Positions 36,691 through 50,299 are shown, counted from the first letter of the stretch. The stretch is DNA of 64,000 nt from Eledone cirrhosa (GCA_964016885.1 OZ024752.1:21142001-21206000); one strand, 5' to 3'. Notes: generated from the sequence alone by a model not told the origin. A program made the numbers and translations.

Positions 36691-39163
36691 TGGGTCCTCG
36701 ATATACGGTAGTTCTTTATCCGGTGAATTCACTGATACGGTTTTGGGTAATTACTACCATCAATTCTATTTATGGTAAAAAAATTCACAGATACGGTTTT
36801 TGGTCGTGTTTTGTTTATATTGTACCGTAGCGCCACCTGTAGTAAGCAATAAATCCCCCCTTGAATTCGTGGAAACTGACTGCTATTCGAATTCTAGGAA
36901 AATTTTGTAAGTACTGCTATCGTACTAACTGACCTTACCGAGAAACTGGCCAATCACGAGCGAGTTCAGATATCGATCGATGACGTCATAACTCTTAGCT
37001 GATTACTTCAGTTCGACAAACTAGCGTGTCCTCTCAGTGAGAGAATTTTTGCCGAACTGAAGTGATCAGTTAAGAGTTATGACGTTATTCAAAGTAAGAG
37101 AAAACCCGACGGCGTGTTTTTGAAGCATAATTATCACGGCATATCTTATAACCCCATATCTCATGGCCCCAAAACGCCCTGTGAATATTGCTGATGCAGA
37201 TGGAAAGGCCAAACGCATGAGGAAGAGCCTGACTTTGGAGATAAAGCTGGACATTTTGAAAAGGGAGGAACAGGGGCAAGGTACGTCCGCCATAAGTCGT
37301 AACTTAGGCCTAGCCCAGTCTACAGTCTGGACTGTTTTAAAAAGTAGTGAGGCTGTCAAAAAAAGCTGGGGAGAATACTACGAGTCTACAGAGTAAATTG
37401 TTGACCAAACATCGTGAGCCGATTATGGATAGGATGGAAAGGTTGCTCAAAATTTGGATCGACGACCCAAATCGCCAAAATATGCCTCTTTCTTTAAATG
37501 TAATCAGTGAGAAAGCATTGTCCATTATTGACAGGCTCAAGACTGAAATGGGGGTGGAGGACTTTGTATTCAAGGCAAGCAAAGGGTGATTTGATAAGTT
37601 CAAACGATGTTCGAGTCTTCACAACATAAAAGTTACAGGTGAGGCTGCCAGTTCCGACAAAGAGAGTCCTAAAAAATTCAAGGCAGAGTTAGAGAAATGC
37701 ATTGCAGAGAAGGGGTACAGAAAAAAGCAGGTTATTAATTATGATGAAACAGGACTTTATTGGAAAAAGATGACCAGTAATACCAGAAATTGACAAGGAG
37801 GAGAAAAGTGCGAAAGGTTTCAAAGACTCAAAGGACCGCGTTACTCTGTTACTTGGAGGGAATGCAGAAGGAGATTTAAAGCTAAAGCCACTCATTATCT
37901 ACCATTCTGAAACTCCAAGAGCACTCAAGGGGTTACTTAAGCAATACCTACCAGTGATATGGAAGTCTAATAAGAAGGCATGGCTGATCACTTCAATTCA
38001 CCAGGATTTTTCACCTCGTATCTGTCACCAACCCTTAAGGAATATGCATTAGCTAACAACATTGCCAACCGTTTTCTGCAATTAGTGGACAACGCCCCCA
38101 GCCACGGGTAATGGAAGACTGGTCAGAAAATATTGAGGTTTTGTTCCCCCCCCCCCCAACACCACAGCTCTCATTCAGCCGATGGATCAATCAGTCATCA
38201 AAACATTTAAGGCATACTACCAGCGGAGAACCATGCAGCAGCTGATAAAGGGCACAGATGGGCCTGACAAGCCCACGATCAGGGAATGGTGGAAATTGTA
38301 CAACATCAAGCACGGCTTAGACAACATCAAGGCATCTTGGGAAGAAGTGAAGCAGTCTACCATGAACTTGGCCTGGAAGAAATAATGGCTTTGCTGAGGA
38401 CATTGGTGCGATAAAAAAAGATATTGTAAATCTCTGCCATAGAGCTGGCTTCGATGGTATTAATGATGATGATGTGCAAGACCTTTTGGAAAGCCACGCT
38501 GAACCACTCTCCAATGAGGAACTCATAGAATTAGACAAGGCGATACAGGAGACAGAAAAAGAAGAAGATGAAGACGAAGAACCTGTGCGTGACTTGGACA
38601 TAAAAAGTCTAAGAGAATGTCTCGGGAGTATCGAAACATTTTTAGAAACCCTGAAGGAGCGTGACCCCAACCCTGCTAGGAGCAGCAAAGTGGCTCAAGA
38701 CGTCGAGAAAAGCGTCAAGATTTACCAAGAAATGTATGAAGCCAAAAGAAACACCGCCAAACAGTCCTCCATCTACTCTTTCTTCAAGCCAGTCACACCT
38801 GCCAACCGTGCTACAGCTGGCCCTTCAACATCCACTGCAGTCAACGAGTTTGTTGGTTTTGAGCCTCCCACATCACCTTCATCCTCCCCTGCCAACTCAG
38901 CCCAAGATGAGTAAAGGCTGAAACCCATACTGTCCCTTAGCCTCGGGAGGGACAAATGAAGTGGCACATCATCTGATGGACTACGCGGCATGTGTAAGGT
39001 ACAGTAAATTTAAAAAAACATTATTTCTTTTCTGTAGGGATGACTTTTTTGATGTGCTGGAACGCATCCCTATCTATTTCATGTTACAATGAGTTCTTTA
39101 TACGGTAATTCGACATACGGTAAGGGTTTCAGGAACGCATATATACCGTATATCGAGGACTCA

Positions 39164-39166
<3 letters not shown>
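36688..39166 (+). mobile_element. Complete Tigger/pogo (Tc1-mariner superfamily) DNA transposon, 2479 bp
   Basis: 23-bp TIRs cagtgggtcctcgatatacggta / taccgtatatcgaggactcactg (1 mismatch); TA target inside (TA)n. Confidence 0.95.
37163..38914 (+). pseudogene. Tigger-like transposase (CENP-B HTH + DDE_1), several frameshifts and stops
   Basis: RKSLTLEIKLDIL..LAQSTV; MERLLKIWI; FKASKG; NYDETGLYWK; KDRVTLLLGGNAEGD; DNAPSH; QPMDQSVIKTFKAYY. Confidence 0.9.
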
Positions 39167-39226
<60 letters not shown>

Positions 39227-39228
<2 letters not shown>

Positions 39229-41582
39229 CAAAAGGGATATCCAATTTCTTGGTAATTCAACAAATATAAATGTTTATAACTGATTCAGAGCACTCGACAA
39301 GTTTTCTGGAGTATAATATTTCATGATATTAAATAAATGGAAACTATATTTATTTACTATCCTTTCCATAAAATTAACGAAAATCTAAATTACGTAAGTT
39401 TCAATTCTAATCATCCTAGAAATATTAAAAACACTATTGTCAATAGCGTCCAACAACGGATTTCACGCATCTCTGCTAATAAAAATATTTTGATGACAAA
39501 GCTGAATATTATAATGAAGCTTTACATAGAGCAGGATACTCGAATAAAATTAAATACATTGACAACAATAACATGACAAATCATCCTAGAATTAATTATA
39601 ATAATAAACAATTTAACTTAAACACTAAATCAAACAAAAAAAACTAGAACTAGAAATATTATTTGGTACTCTCCCCCATTCTCATTAAGCGTTAAAACAC
39701 CTTTAGCAAAGCTATTCTTTAAAGCACTAGATAAATGTTTTCCTAAAGCCAACAGATACCACTCTATTTCTAACAGACACACTATAAAACTATCCTACTC
39801 TACTACTATGAACATAGCACAAAATATAAATAGAATTAATAATAGAAACTTAAATTTAGAGCCTAACCAAACTAACCAAAATAGCAATAATAATATTTCT
39901 AACAACAATATTCAGAATAATAGTACTGTTCCGAACAACTCCTCCAGAAAATGTAACTGTAGAATCAAATCAAACTGCCCTTTACAAAATAATTGTTTAG
40001 ACAAAAACGTAGTTTATAAATGCACAGTTAAAACTAGAGACAAAATATTTAACTATATTGGTGCTACTTCAACAAAATTTAAAGAACGCTGGAATAACCA
40101 TAATCATATATTTAAGAGATCCGATAAAAAATCTTCTACTTCAGTTTCACATCTAATTTGGAAATTAAAAGACAACAATATAGACTATTCAATATCTTGG
40201 AGAACGATTTTGAAAGCACCTGCATACCGAAATATGGCTTTCTCAAGATTCTGTAACTTGTGTATCTAAGAAATTTTTTATATAATTAACTGTCAAAACT
40301 CTATTAATCTTAGAACAGAATTATTTTCTTCTTGCAGACATCGCCAAAATTCCACATTCAGAACTATTTTTAATTTATAATATTCCTATACACCTTCAAA
40401 ATGAACCTATCTTCTTTAAAAATTTAAAATTTTAAAAATATTTTTAATATTTTTAATACTTTTAATTTTTTTAATATTTCTAATATTTTTACCTTTTGAC
40501 ATTAATTTTTTTAATATATATATATATATTTTTTTTAATATTTTTAATTCTGACATTATTTTCCTAATGAGACCCCTCTAAATATATTTTTTTAGATGTA
40601 GATTGATAATCTTTAATTGACATTCTGAAAATTTATCCTCTTTACGATAGTTCTTCAAAATGCACATTACGTTTTTCCTCTTCTAGATATTCAAACTTTC
40701 ACACATCTTTCGACTAAAATAATTAATCTCACACAAAATAATATATAATTTTCTCTATATATTTTCTGAGTTAACAAACAAAATTGGAGTTATCTTTCCT
40801 TTCTCAATCGTGCAAACATAAACATATTATGTATGATAATCTATATAACTTCGCTAAATTAACAATATTCTGAAAACATTTTCAATGTTGAACAAAATAT
40901 TCGAATCTACAAATTGTTCTCCTCTCACAACTGAACCACCTATTTTTTTTTATGTAAAATACAAAATCAACTTCCTTCGTAACTCATATTAGAAATATAA
41001 ACAACTAATAATTGTAAATTATTTCTATTTCTATAATACTAATATATGCCCAATTATTAATCTATATAGATATTTATATACATATAACCTATTGTAATGT
41101 AATAAGATAAAAATACTTACAACCATAATTCTTCATATAATCTAATTGATTATATATACAATATTATAACTCATAATATAGGTAAATAAAAATAAATTTA
41201 AACTCTGGAATGATATTCCACCTTTTCCCCCAAATTAACGTAAATACAAGCTCTTCTTCGCCTTTCTTGTCCTACGCATGCATACACATATCATAATTAT
41301 TTAAATTCTCCATAGCGTCTAAAATAACGTTTTTTTTTCAGACCTTTACCTCAACCTCATTTGCATACTGATCTTAATAATTTGAAATATCTGACTTTTC
41401 TTCTCTTATCCCTTCACTATCCAAGGAAAACTTGAACCATTAAGGTATTTTTCTTGGTTATGTCAAAATTTATCTGATGAATATTATCTGATTTATCGTA
41501 TTTTATCTGATGAAAGCGTACCAAAGTTTTGATAGAATAAATATGGTTTTATAAATATAGTTTCCATTTATTTAATATCATT
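39227..41582 (+). mobile_element. 5'-truncated Penelope-like element (CxCx5C, GIY-YIG) with an inverted tail-bearing pLTR piece at its 5' end
   Basis: YVSFNSNHPRNI; IIWYSPPFS; CNCRIKSNCPL..VVYKC..YIGATSTKFKERWNNH..CNLC; 39323-39353 is the reverse complement of 41551-41581; HHR-like CUGAUGA..GAAAGCGUA at 41474-41520. Confidence 0.87.
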
Positions 41583-41583
41583 G

Positions 41584-41656
<73 letters not shown>

Positions 41657-41658
<2 letters not shown>

Positions 41659-41864
41659 GTTATTCCGGGTTGAATCGGAGGTAACCACAGTAAGTAAGGT
41701 ACTCAATACATAGCAGAGTATAACAGTTTTAATATAGATGAGATTCTACAGGACTAGAACTGTTTCATTCATTAGAAATCATCAGAAATCATTCATTAGA
41801 AATCATCCTGATGATTTCTAATGAATGAAACAGTTCTAGTCCTGTAGAATCTCATCTATATTAA

Positions 41865-41868
<4 letters not shown>
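41657..41868. mobile_element. Fold-back mini-PLE end: 61-bp inverted arms (41725-41785 / 41808-41868) with HHR core, plus tail
   Basis: Arm reads CUGAUGA-uuucuaaugaau-GAAA-C aguucua G-UC-cugu; flanked by (TA)n. Confidence 0.75.
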
Positions 41869-41912
<44 letters not shown>

Positions 41913-42779
41913 TTACGTATGTATATAGCTATGCATTTATACATTTGTATATATACATGCATTTATATTTAAGTGTGTAAGAATGTTGACATGATTTATG
42001 TTTTTTTTTTTTGGGGGGGGGGGTACGGAGAAAACTTTTGTCTCCAGATTTTATTACCTGGGGAGATTAAATACCACAGCTCTGGCTGAAAGCTGACCAG
42101 GTTCTCAACCTCATCAAACACTAACGCCGGCCTGTGTGTGTATATATGTGTGCGTGTGTATGTATGAATATATGTATGTACGTATGCATGTGTGTGTATT
42201 TTCGTATGTATGTATATGTATACACCCACACCTTTCACCACCATTGCTTCTTTTTGTTGTCATTTCTGTTGAAGTTGTTCTTGTAAAAGTTGACGTCCTT
42301 ATCTTCATTTACTTTGATTTCTATTTTTTTCTTTTATCTCACTAGGGAATTCTTTGACAAGCTTCTCTTATTTATTTTCTTCGTTTTCTTCATTCAAATA
42401 CATTCACACTGGTTGTATAAGAGACGTACAAATATGACTTATAACACTTACCAAACGAAAGGGGCTTCCAGTGCTCCCCAAATCTTCAAACGCCCCCGTA
42501 ACAACCCCTTACTCCAAAACGCTCCCCTGGAGCTCCGAAACGCCCCCCGTTGAAAAACTTTGTTCTAGGAGAAGGCAGCTCAGGAAACTGGGTTAACTCC
42601 GACATAAAATCTGCGGCTCAGTAGTTACCGATGATGTTGATCTTTTCTTCTTTTCGGGTTATAGATACTGTCGCTCAGTGCACTTTAAAAATATTCTTCA
42701 CACACAGGCATTGCACGATTGCATTAAATAATAACTATTAATAGTGTTATTGTTATTATTGTTATGGCCGCGCTTTAAA

Positions 42780-44867
42780 ATGGAACAGCACAGTAGATAG
42801 GGCCATTAGAGACAAAAGACTAGCATGGAAGGCTTGGAAAAAGGATGGGAGTAGGGAAGGATATACAGCCTCCAAGAGAGAAGCTAGAGGTCAAGTGTAT
42901 TTAGCACGCAGGGAGGCTGAGAGTAGGAGGTTTGCCAATGTTCTGCGACGGAAAGATCAGAGATGTGCGATGTTCCACATTGCAAGGCAGTGTGCCAATG
43001 CAAATCAGGATGTTGTTGGAGATAAATGTGTCCGGGATGATGCCGGTGTACTTAGTTTCACGAATGATCAGAAAAAGAGGGCCTGGAAATGTCATTATGA
43101 GAGACTGATGAATGTGGAGAACGAATAGGAGAGAGAGAAATTACCCTCAGTAGATCCGACAGAGGGACCAGCTATTGAGATTGACGAATATAGGGTCCAA
43201 GGGGTGATTAAGGAAATGAAAAATGGTTAGGCCACTGGACCGTCGGCGATAGTTGCTGAGATGCTGAAGACATCAGGGGACGTAAGCACTAAACTGGTTG
43301 CACGCATCATCAATGAGGCTATATATGGCGGTGTCATACCCAAAGACTGGTGCAGCAGTATTCTCTACTAAGGTAAAGGGGATGCTCTGAAGAGGAGCAA
43401 TTATAGGGGTATAAAACTGATGGATCAGATTATGAAAGTGGCAGAAAGGATATTAGCGCAACTAATTAGAGAAAGGGTCAAACTAGATGAGATGCAGTTT
43501 GGTTTTGTGCCTGGGAAAAGTACAACAGATGCCCTCTTCTTGGTGAGACAATTACAAGAGTGGTTCTTGGAGAAGAATAAGCCACTATACTTAGCTTTTG
43601 TTGACCTAGAGAAGGCATTTGATAGGGTACCCCGATCTGTCATCTGGTAGTCCCTAAGGAAACTAGGTGTTGAGGAATGGCTTGTGAGGACAGTGGAAGC
43701 TATGTACAGGGGTGTGTCAGTAAAGTGAAAGTAGGCATGAAGTTTAGTGAGGAATTCCAGGTACAAGTAGGAGTACAGCAGGGTTCGGTCCTCAGCCCGC
43801 TCTTGCTCATCTCTATGTCCTCCAAGCCATAACAGAGGAGTTTAAGACTGGATGTCCATGGGAACTTCTCTATGCTGATTATATGGTTCTTATAGCAGAA
43901 TCAGTAGAGGAGCTAGAGAATAAATTCTGGCTATGGAAACAGTAGTTGGAATCAAGAAGACTGAGAGTGAATCTAGCTAAGACAAAAGTGTTGATGTGTA
44001 GAAAAGAGGACAAAACTCTAATTCCGTCAGGGAAATGGCCATGTTCAATATGCAGAAAAGGAACTGGCATAAATTCTATAAAATGCACCAATGCAGATTT
44101 TGGGTACACAAGAGATGTAGTGGGATAGCAGGCAAACTAGCAGGTAGGGAGAAATGCGTATGCAGTAGATGCACAGGGAAATTAGACAGTAGAAGTCGCC
44201 TTGATAGACACATTATTCAAATGCAGGTGGGTGCTATAGAAGTGGTTGATAACTTCCGGTACCTAGGAGATCAGATTAGCATGGAAGGGGGGGGGGAGTC
44301 TTCTGAGGCCATAGTATCTAGAATAAGGAGTGGTTGGAAGAAGTTTAGGGAGCTGCTTCCTCTGTTGACAAAGAAGGGTTTCTCCCTGCATACGAAAGGA
44401 AGGTTATATGATGCCTGTGTGATATGCGGGATGCTGCATGGTAGTGAGATATGGGCAGCAACTGCAGAGGATATGCGACGGCTGGAGAGAAATAAGGCAA
44501 GCATGCTCCGTTGGATGTGCAATGTCAATGTGCGTGAATGACCGAGCATGGATGTGTTGAGAGAGTAACTGTGTCTGAGAGGGTTAAATTGTAGTGCGGG
44601 AGAGGAGACTGAGGTTGTATGGACATGTGATGCGCATGGAGGATGACCGATGGCGGAAGAAGTGCCAGGAAATGACAGTTGAAGGAAGACGTGGTAAAGG
44701 TAGACCACGAAAAACATGGGCGGAGGTAGGGAGAAAAGACCTCAGAGTGCTGAAGCTCACGGTGGAGATGACGAAGGACCGTGACAAGTGGAGAGATGCT
44801 ATGCTGAATAGGACCCGCCCCACCCTTGCAAGCAGGGAAAAGCGGACGTAAAATGATGATGATGATG
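42780..44867 (+). mobile_element. RTE LINE family B, 5'-truncated
   Basis: MQFGFVPGKST..FVDLEKAFDRV; GKWPCSICRKG..HKRCSG; RLRLYGHV; (TGA)n tail. Confidence 0.9.
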
Positions 44868-44939
44868 TACATATATATGTATACATATATATATGTATAT
44901 GTATATATATTATGTATATGTATATATACATATGTATAT

Positions 44940-45029
<90 letters not shown>

Positions 45030-48016
45030 GTTTTTAATAATATACCTCATTCTGTTGGACCCTTCCTAATCACTAACCTTATCCTAAAGTTACCCCATTG
45101 TTATTATTATTATTATAGAATCTTCCGCTCCTTGCTCCCTCTCATTGTCTATACGCTTGTACCTTCTCACCTCCCCCCCTCTTCTCTCAGCAAGTATAAA
45201 ATAAACCCTGTAGGGTTCTAAGGCCAGAATTTAAATATATAATCTCTCTTTCCGGCCGAATTGTCGATTTGAGAATGTAAGAAAAACACTTTTGCTTGTC
45301 TTTCCATGTTCCGTAGTCCATGTTCCGTAGTCCATTTGATCTGTTATTTATGTCTATTTAGAATCTAATTTCTCTTTTTCTCTCGGATTTTCAATTAATA
45401 TTTCACATGTTTTTAATAATATGCCTCATTCTGTTGGACCCTTCCTAATAACTAACCTTCTCCTAAAGCTACCCATTTCCCGCCCTCCCACCCCGAAACA
45501 TCACCATTGCTATTTGGTCCAATCATAACTCAGCGGTTTATAGTAAGTTATCTTACCAATCTGTATAGCAAAGCCACCACCTCGGTTATTACTCCTTAAG
45601 TTTAGACCTGGTTGTTTTTCGGTTTGCTAAGTGGACTGCGGAATTTGGACAGTCTGAACACTCAATGACAATGTCACAAATAAAGATAAATTCACCTCCC
45701 GCTGCAGGACGAGAATGCAAGGACCCGTCTTTATTTCAGACATGGATGACCAACATAATTCCGTCTCGCACACCCCTCCCTGTCCCTCCAACCCATCCAT
45801 TCCACCCACCCAACATCAAACTTGGTACCAGGAACGTAGGCACATTGAAAGGTCGCTCAAATGACGTTGTAGAGATGCTTGAACGTAAGGAAGTTGATGT
45901 TTGTTGTGTTAGGTGGAGAGGTGGGTCTGCTAGATTCATTGTGGGTAAAAAACGATGCTATAAACTTTTCTGGGTGGGAAATGACAACGGACTGGGTGGA
46001 GAAGGAATTATGTTAGCTGAAAAATGGGTAGATAAGGTAATTTCCATAAATAGAGTGAATGACAGAATAATTAAAATAAGACTAGTTCTAAAATAGAACT
46101 ACTGTGACAATAATATCCGCTTATGCACTCCAATCTGGTCTACCTGACGTTATAAAGGACAGGTTCTATGAGACGCTAATGCACACTACCTCCCAAATAA
46201 CTGACAGCGACTTACTTAATTATTGCTGGAGACCTAAATGGTCAAGTTGGACAACATAGTGATGGCTATGATCGAATCCATGGAAACTATGGGGTTGGAA
46301 ATAGAAATGAGGAAGGCTTCAGAATCCTGGAATTCTGTGACGCAAATAGTCTAACTATCTGTAACACAAACTTCAAAAAACGTGAAAACCACTTGATCAC
46401 TTATAGATCAGGGGAACACGCCAGCTAGATAGATTATATGCTTACTAGAAGACATGACAAAGTGTCTGTTGTAAACACTAAATCTCTCCCCCGTGAAGAA
46501 TGCACCTCCCAACATAGCCTATAGTTAGTGACCTCATAGTCAGGAATAGATGTACTCGACGACAGAGGAGGCCTACCTTGAGGAGAAGAATATGGAAGTT
46601 GAAGAACCCCGCAACCAGTGACAAATTTAAAAGCTTATTACTTGATGCTTTTGATAGTAAGGAAGAGCAATTAGAGATGTACAATATAGAGGAACAGTGG
46701 GAATTCTTGAAAATGAACCTGCTGAAGGCGATGGATGAAACCTGTGGCTGGAGCAGACCTATTGGCAGGAGGAGAGTAACTTGGTGGAACAGTAAGGTGG
46801 AGGAGACAATTAAGGCGAAAAAGCAGGCTTGGAAAGTATGGCAGCATGGGGGAAGTAGAGAACACTATCAAGTGACCAGGAGAGAAGCTAGGATACAGGT
46901 GTACTTTGCAAGAAGGGAAGAAGAGGAAAGAAAGTTCAAGTATGTTCTACAACGTGAGGACCAAAAACGTGAGGTGTTCAGGATTGCTAGACAATGTGTC
47001 AAGGAAAACCGTGATATTGTTGGGGAGAAGTGTGTCCATAATGATGATGGTTTACTTGCCCTCACTGATACTGATGAGAAGGTAGCTTGGAAGTGTCACT
47101 ACGAGAGACTACTAAATGAGAATAAATGGGAAAAAGATAGTTCTAGTATGTAGAAAGGAAAATAGGGCACAGGTGCCCTCAGGGAAATGGCCATGCTCAG
47201 TGTGTAGGAAAGGAGTAGGCAGAAATTCCATTTTATGTCCCAAATGCAAACTATGGATACATAAAAGATGTAGTGGCATCAGAGGTAAGCTATCTAAGAA
47301 CGTAGATTTTATATGTGGCCGATGCTCAGGTGCAATAAGTAGCAAGTGCCCACAGGATACTAGCTCCTTCAATTTCCGAGATGGCTCTATAGAAATAGTG
47401 GACACCTTCCGTTACCTGGCTGACAAAATCAGCACAGTTGGAGGGTGCTCTGAAAGTACAGTAGCTAGAGTCAGAACGGGATGGAAAAAGTTCAGAGAGC
47501 TTATACCACTATTGACCGCTAAAGGTTTCTCTCTAAAAATGAAAGGCAGATTGTATGATGCCTGTATGCGAAGAGCAATGTTATATGGCAATGAGACATG
47601 GGCTTTGTGTACAGAGGACCTGTGTAGACTGGAAAGGAACGAAGCATGCATGCTCCATTGGATGTGTAATAGTAATATCCTCCCACTGCCACCAACACCA
47701 CCCTTTCTCTGTAAAGTTGGTACCACAACATCCAGTCCAAATTAATGAGATAATGAGATCGAGATCGGGTAGGTGTCTCAACAAAAAACACACAGTCCAC
47801 GCTGTAATGCGGCCGTGTAGGTAACACGGTAAAAACTTCCCAATCCACACTGTAAATGTGGTTGGTGTTAGGAAGGGCATCCAGCTGTAGAAAACGTGCC
47901 AGACAGTCCTATACGAGCGAGACAGTCACCGACCAATCTTGCCTCAAATTGGGACAACTTCTGTCTAACCCATGCTAGCATGGAAGATAGACGTTAACCG
48001 ATGATGCTGATGATGT
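45030..48016 (+). mobile_element. RTE LINE family A with 5' UTR; internal deletions remove the RT core (about 47141) and ORF end (about 47679)
   Basis: ENKWEKD is joined directly to LVCRKENRAQVPSGKWPC; 5' UTR, APE and 3' tail are present. Confidence 0.9.
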
Positions 48017-48054
48017 ATATGTTATATATATATATGTATGTGTATATAGTATAT

Positions 48055-49796
48055 ATGGTATAAAGCTGATGGACCAGGTCATGAAAATAACAGAAAGAGT
48101 TATAGCACAGTTGATTAGGGACCGGATGAAACTAGATGAGATGCAATTTGGGTTTGTGCCAGGAAGCGGCACCACTGATGCCTTCTTCCTTGTGAGGCAG
48201 TTACAGGAAAAGTACCTAGCTAAAAGTAAGCCACTCTACCTGGCATTCGTCGATCTCGAAAAATCCTTTGACAGAGTTCCCCGTGCTATAATCTGGTGAG
48301 CTCTTAGAAAACTAGGAGTAGATGAATGGCTTGTGAAAGCTGTACAAGCCATGTATAGGGAAGCAGTCAGCAAAGTTAGGATTAGCAATGAGTATAGCGA
48401 GGAATTTAGCGTACAGAGGGTGTCCACCAGGGCTCTGTTCTTAGCCCTCTCCTGTTCATCATAGTCCTGCAGGCAATAACGGAGGAGTTTAAGACCGGAT
48501 GCCCATGGGAACTCCTATATGCAGATGACCTCGCACTTATAGCTGAATCTATGGTAGAACTAGAGAAGAAATTCCAAACTTGGAAGCAGGGACTAGAAAG
48601 AAAGGGTCTCAAAGTCAACCTGACAAAGACTAAGGTCCTTTTAAGTAGACGAGAAAACAGAACCCAGATCCCCTCAGATAAATGGCCTTGCTCAGTATGT
48701 AGGAAAGGTGTAGGTAGGAACTCCATTCTCTGCCCCAAATGAAAAAAATGGGTACACTAGAGATGTAGCGGGATCACAGGAAGCTTAACTAAGAATGTAG
48801 GCTTCACATGTAGCAGCCGTGCTGGGATAACAAGCAGCAAACAGCAACAGGAAACAAGTACCACCAAACTCTGGGAGGGCTCTGTAGAAACAGTAGACAG
48901 CTTCTGCTACCTAGTTGACCGAATTAGCAGCGGAGGTGCGTGTTCGGAAAGTACAATAACTAGGGTAAGAACGGGATGGAAGAAGTTCAGGGGGCTACTG
49001 CCACTGTTAGCAACAAAAGGCTTTTCCCTCAAAATGAAAGGCAGACTGTATGATACGTGTATACGAACAGTAATGTCACATGGTAGTGAGACCTGGGCGC
49101 TGTCTGTGGAAGACTTGCATAGATTAGAAAGAAACGAAGCCTGCATGCTCCGATGGATGCGTAATAGTAATATACGCGAACGGCAAAGCATAAATGAATT
49201 GAGAGAGAGACTGAACATAAGAGGATTCAAATGCTGTGTGCAGGAGAGGCGGCTTTGTTGGTATGGATATGTGATGCATATGAAGGATGACAGCTGCATA
49301 AAAAAGTGCAGAGCACTAGAAGTCGATGGAAACCGCGGAGTGGGGAGACCCAAGAAAACCTGGGATGAGGTTATAAAAGCCGACCTTACCCAATTACACC
49401 TCTCAAAGGCGATGACACACGACCGTGACCTCTGGAGTCACGCAGTAATACAGAAGACCCGATGCCGCACGGGTACAAGCGGAAGCTGAAGCATATAGAC
49501 AATATGCCCCAACACTCTCCCACTGCAAAGTGGTCGTGGAGGTGCCACGGTAAAAATGCACCCAGCCCACACTGTAAAGTGGACGAGTAGGCGCCACGGA
49601 AAAAAAGCACGCAGCACTCACTGTAAATGAGGTTGATGTTAGGAAGGGCATCCAGCTGTAGAAATCAAGCCACAATTAGTTCCCGTATGAGCAAGACAAG
49701 GTCAGCCAACCGGACACTGCCCACAACAGGACAACCCATGTAACCCATGCTAGCGTCGAAGAACGGACGTAAAACGGTGATGATGATGATGATGAA
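48055..49796 (+). mobile_element. RTE LINE, family A-related subfamily, 5'-truncated
   Basis: ORFs 48069..48299, 48551..48742 and 49034..49489; YADD at about 48517; (GAT)n tail. Confidence 0.9.
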
Positions 49797-49822
49797 GATA
49801 TAAATATATATATATATATATA

Positions 49823-50276
49823 TACGATATTAAACAAATGGAAACTACATTTATAAAACCATATTTATTTCATTATATATATTTCAGGGATATCATATTA
49901 AAAATATGGTATGCCCTCTTCAAACAAAATACAATATATAAACAGTTTTATAAATAAATTTGACATACCTTAAAATTTTATAACTTCCATTTAAAAAGTT
50001 ACTACCATAACAACTTTTTAAATGGAAGTTATAAAATTTTAAGGTATGTCAAATTTATTTATAAAACTGTTTATATATTGTATTTTGTCTGAAGAGGGCA
50101 TACCATATTTTTAATATGATATCCCTGAAATATATATAATGAAATAAATATGGTTTTATAAATGTAGTTTCCATTTGTTTAATATCGTAAAATACTCCAA
50201 AACTGTTGAGTGCTTTTATATCAGTTATAAAATATTTACTCGTTGTAACCCAACAATTTAAAATAAAACTTTTGCA
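49823..50276. mobile_element. Fold-back PLE end: 178-bp inverted arms (49823-50000 / 50012-50189) plus tail
   Basis: Near-perfect palindrome; end and tail are homologous to 41537-41581 and 39227-39353. Confidence 0.8.
50081..50146 (+). ncRNA. Type I hammerhead ribozyme
   Basis: uauuuugu-CUGAAGA-ggg..cccu-GAAA-UAUAUA-UA-augaaaua; the mirror copy has UUGAAGA. Confidence 0.75.
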
Positions 50277-50299
50277 TATATATATATATATATATATGT

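Larger units (their letters stand above)
30864..42562. mobile_element. Non-autonomous hAT (Charlie-like) element expanded to 11.7 kb by nested insertions
   Basis: TIRs caaaggttctcaac / gttgaaaaactttg; perfect 8-bp TSD ttctagga (30856-30863, 42563-42570); aaacgccccc subterminal repeats at both ends. Confidence 0.85.
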
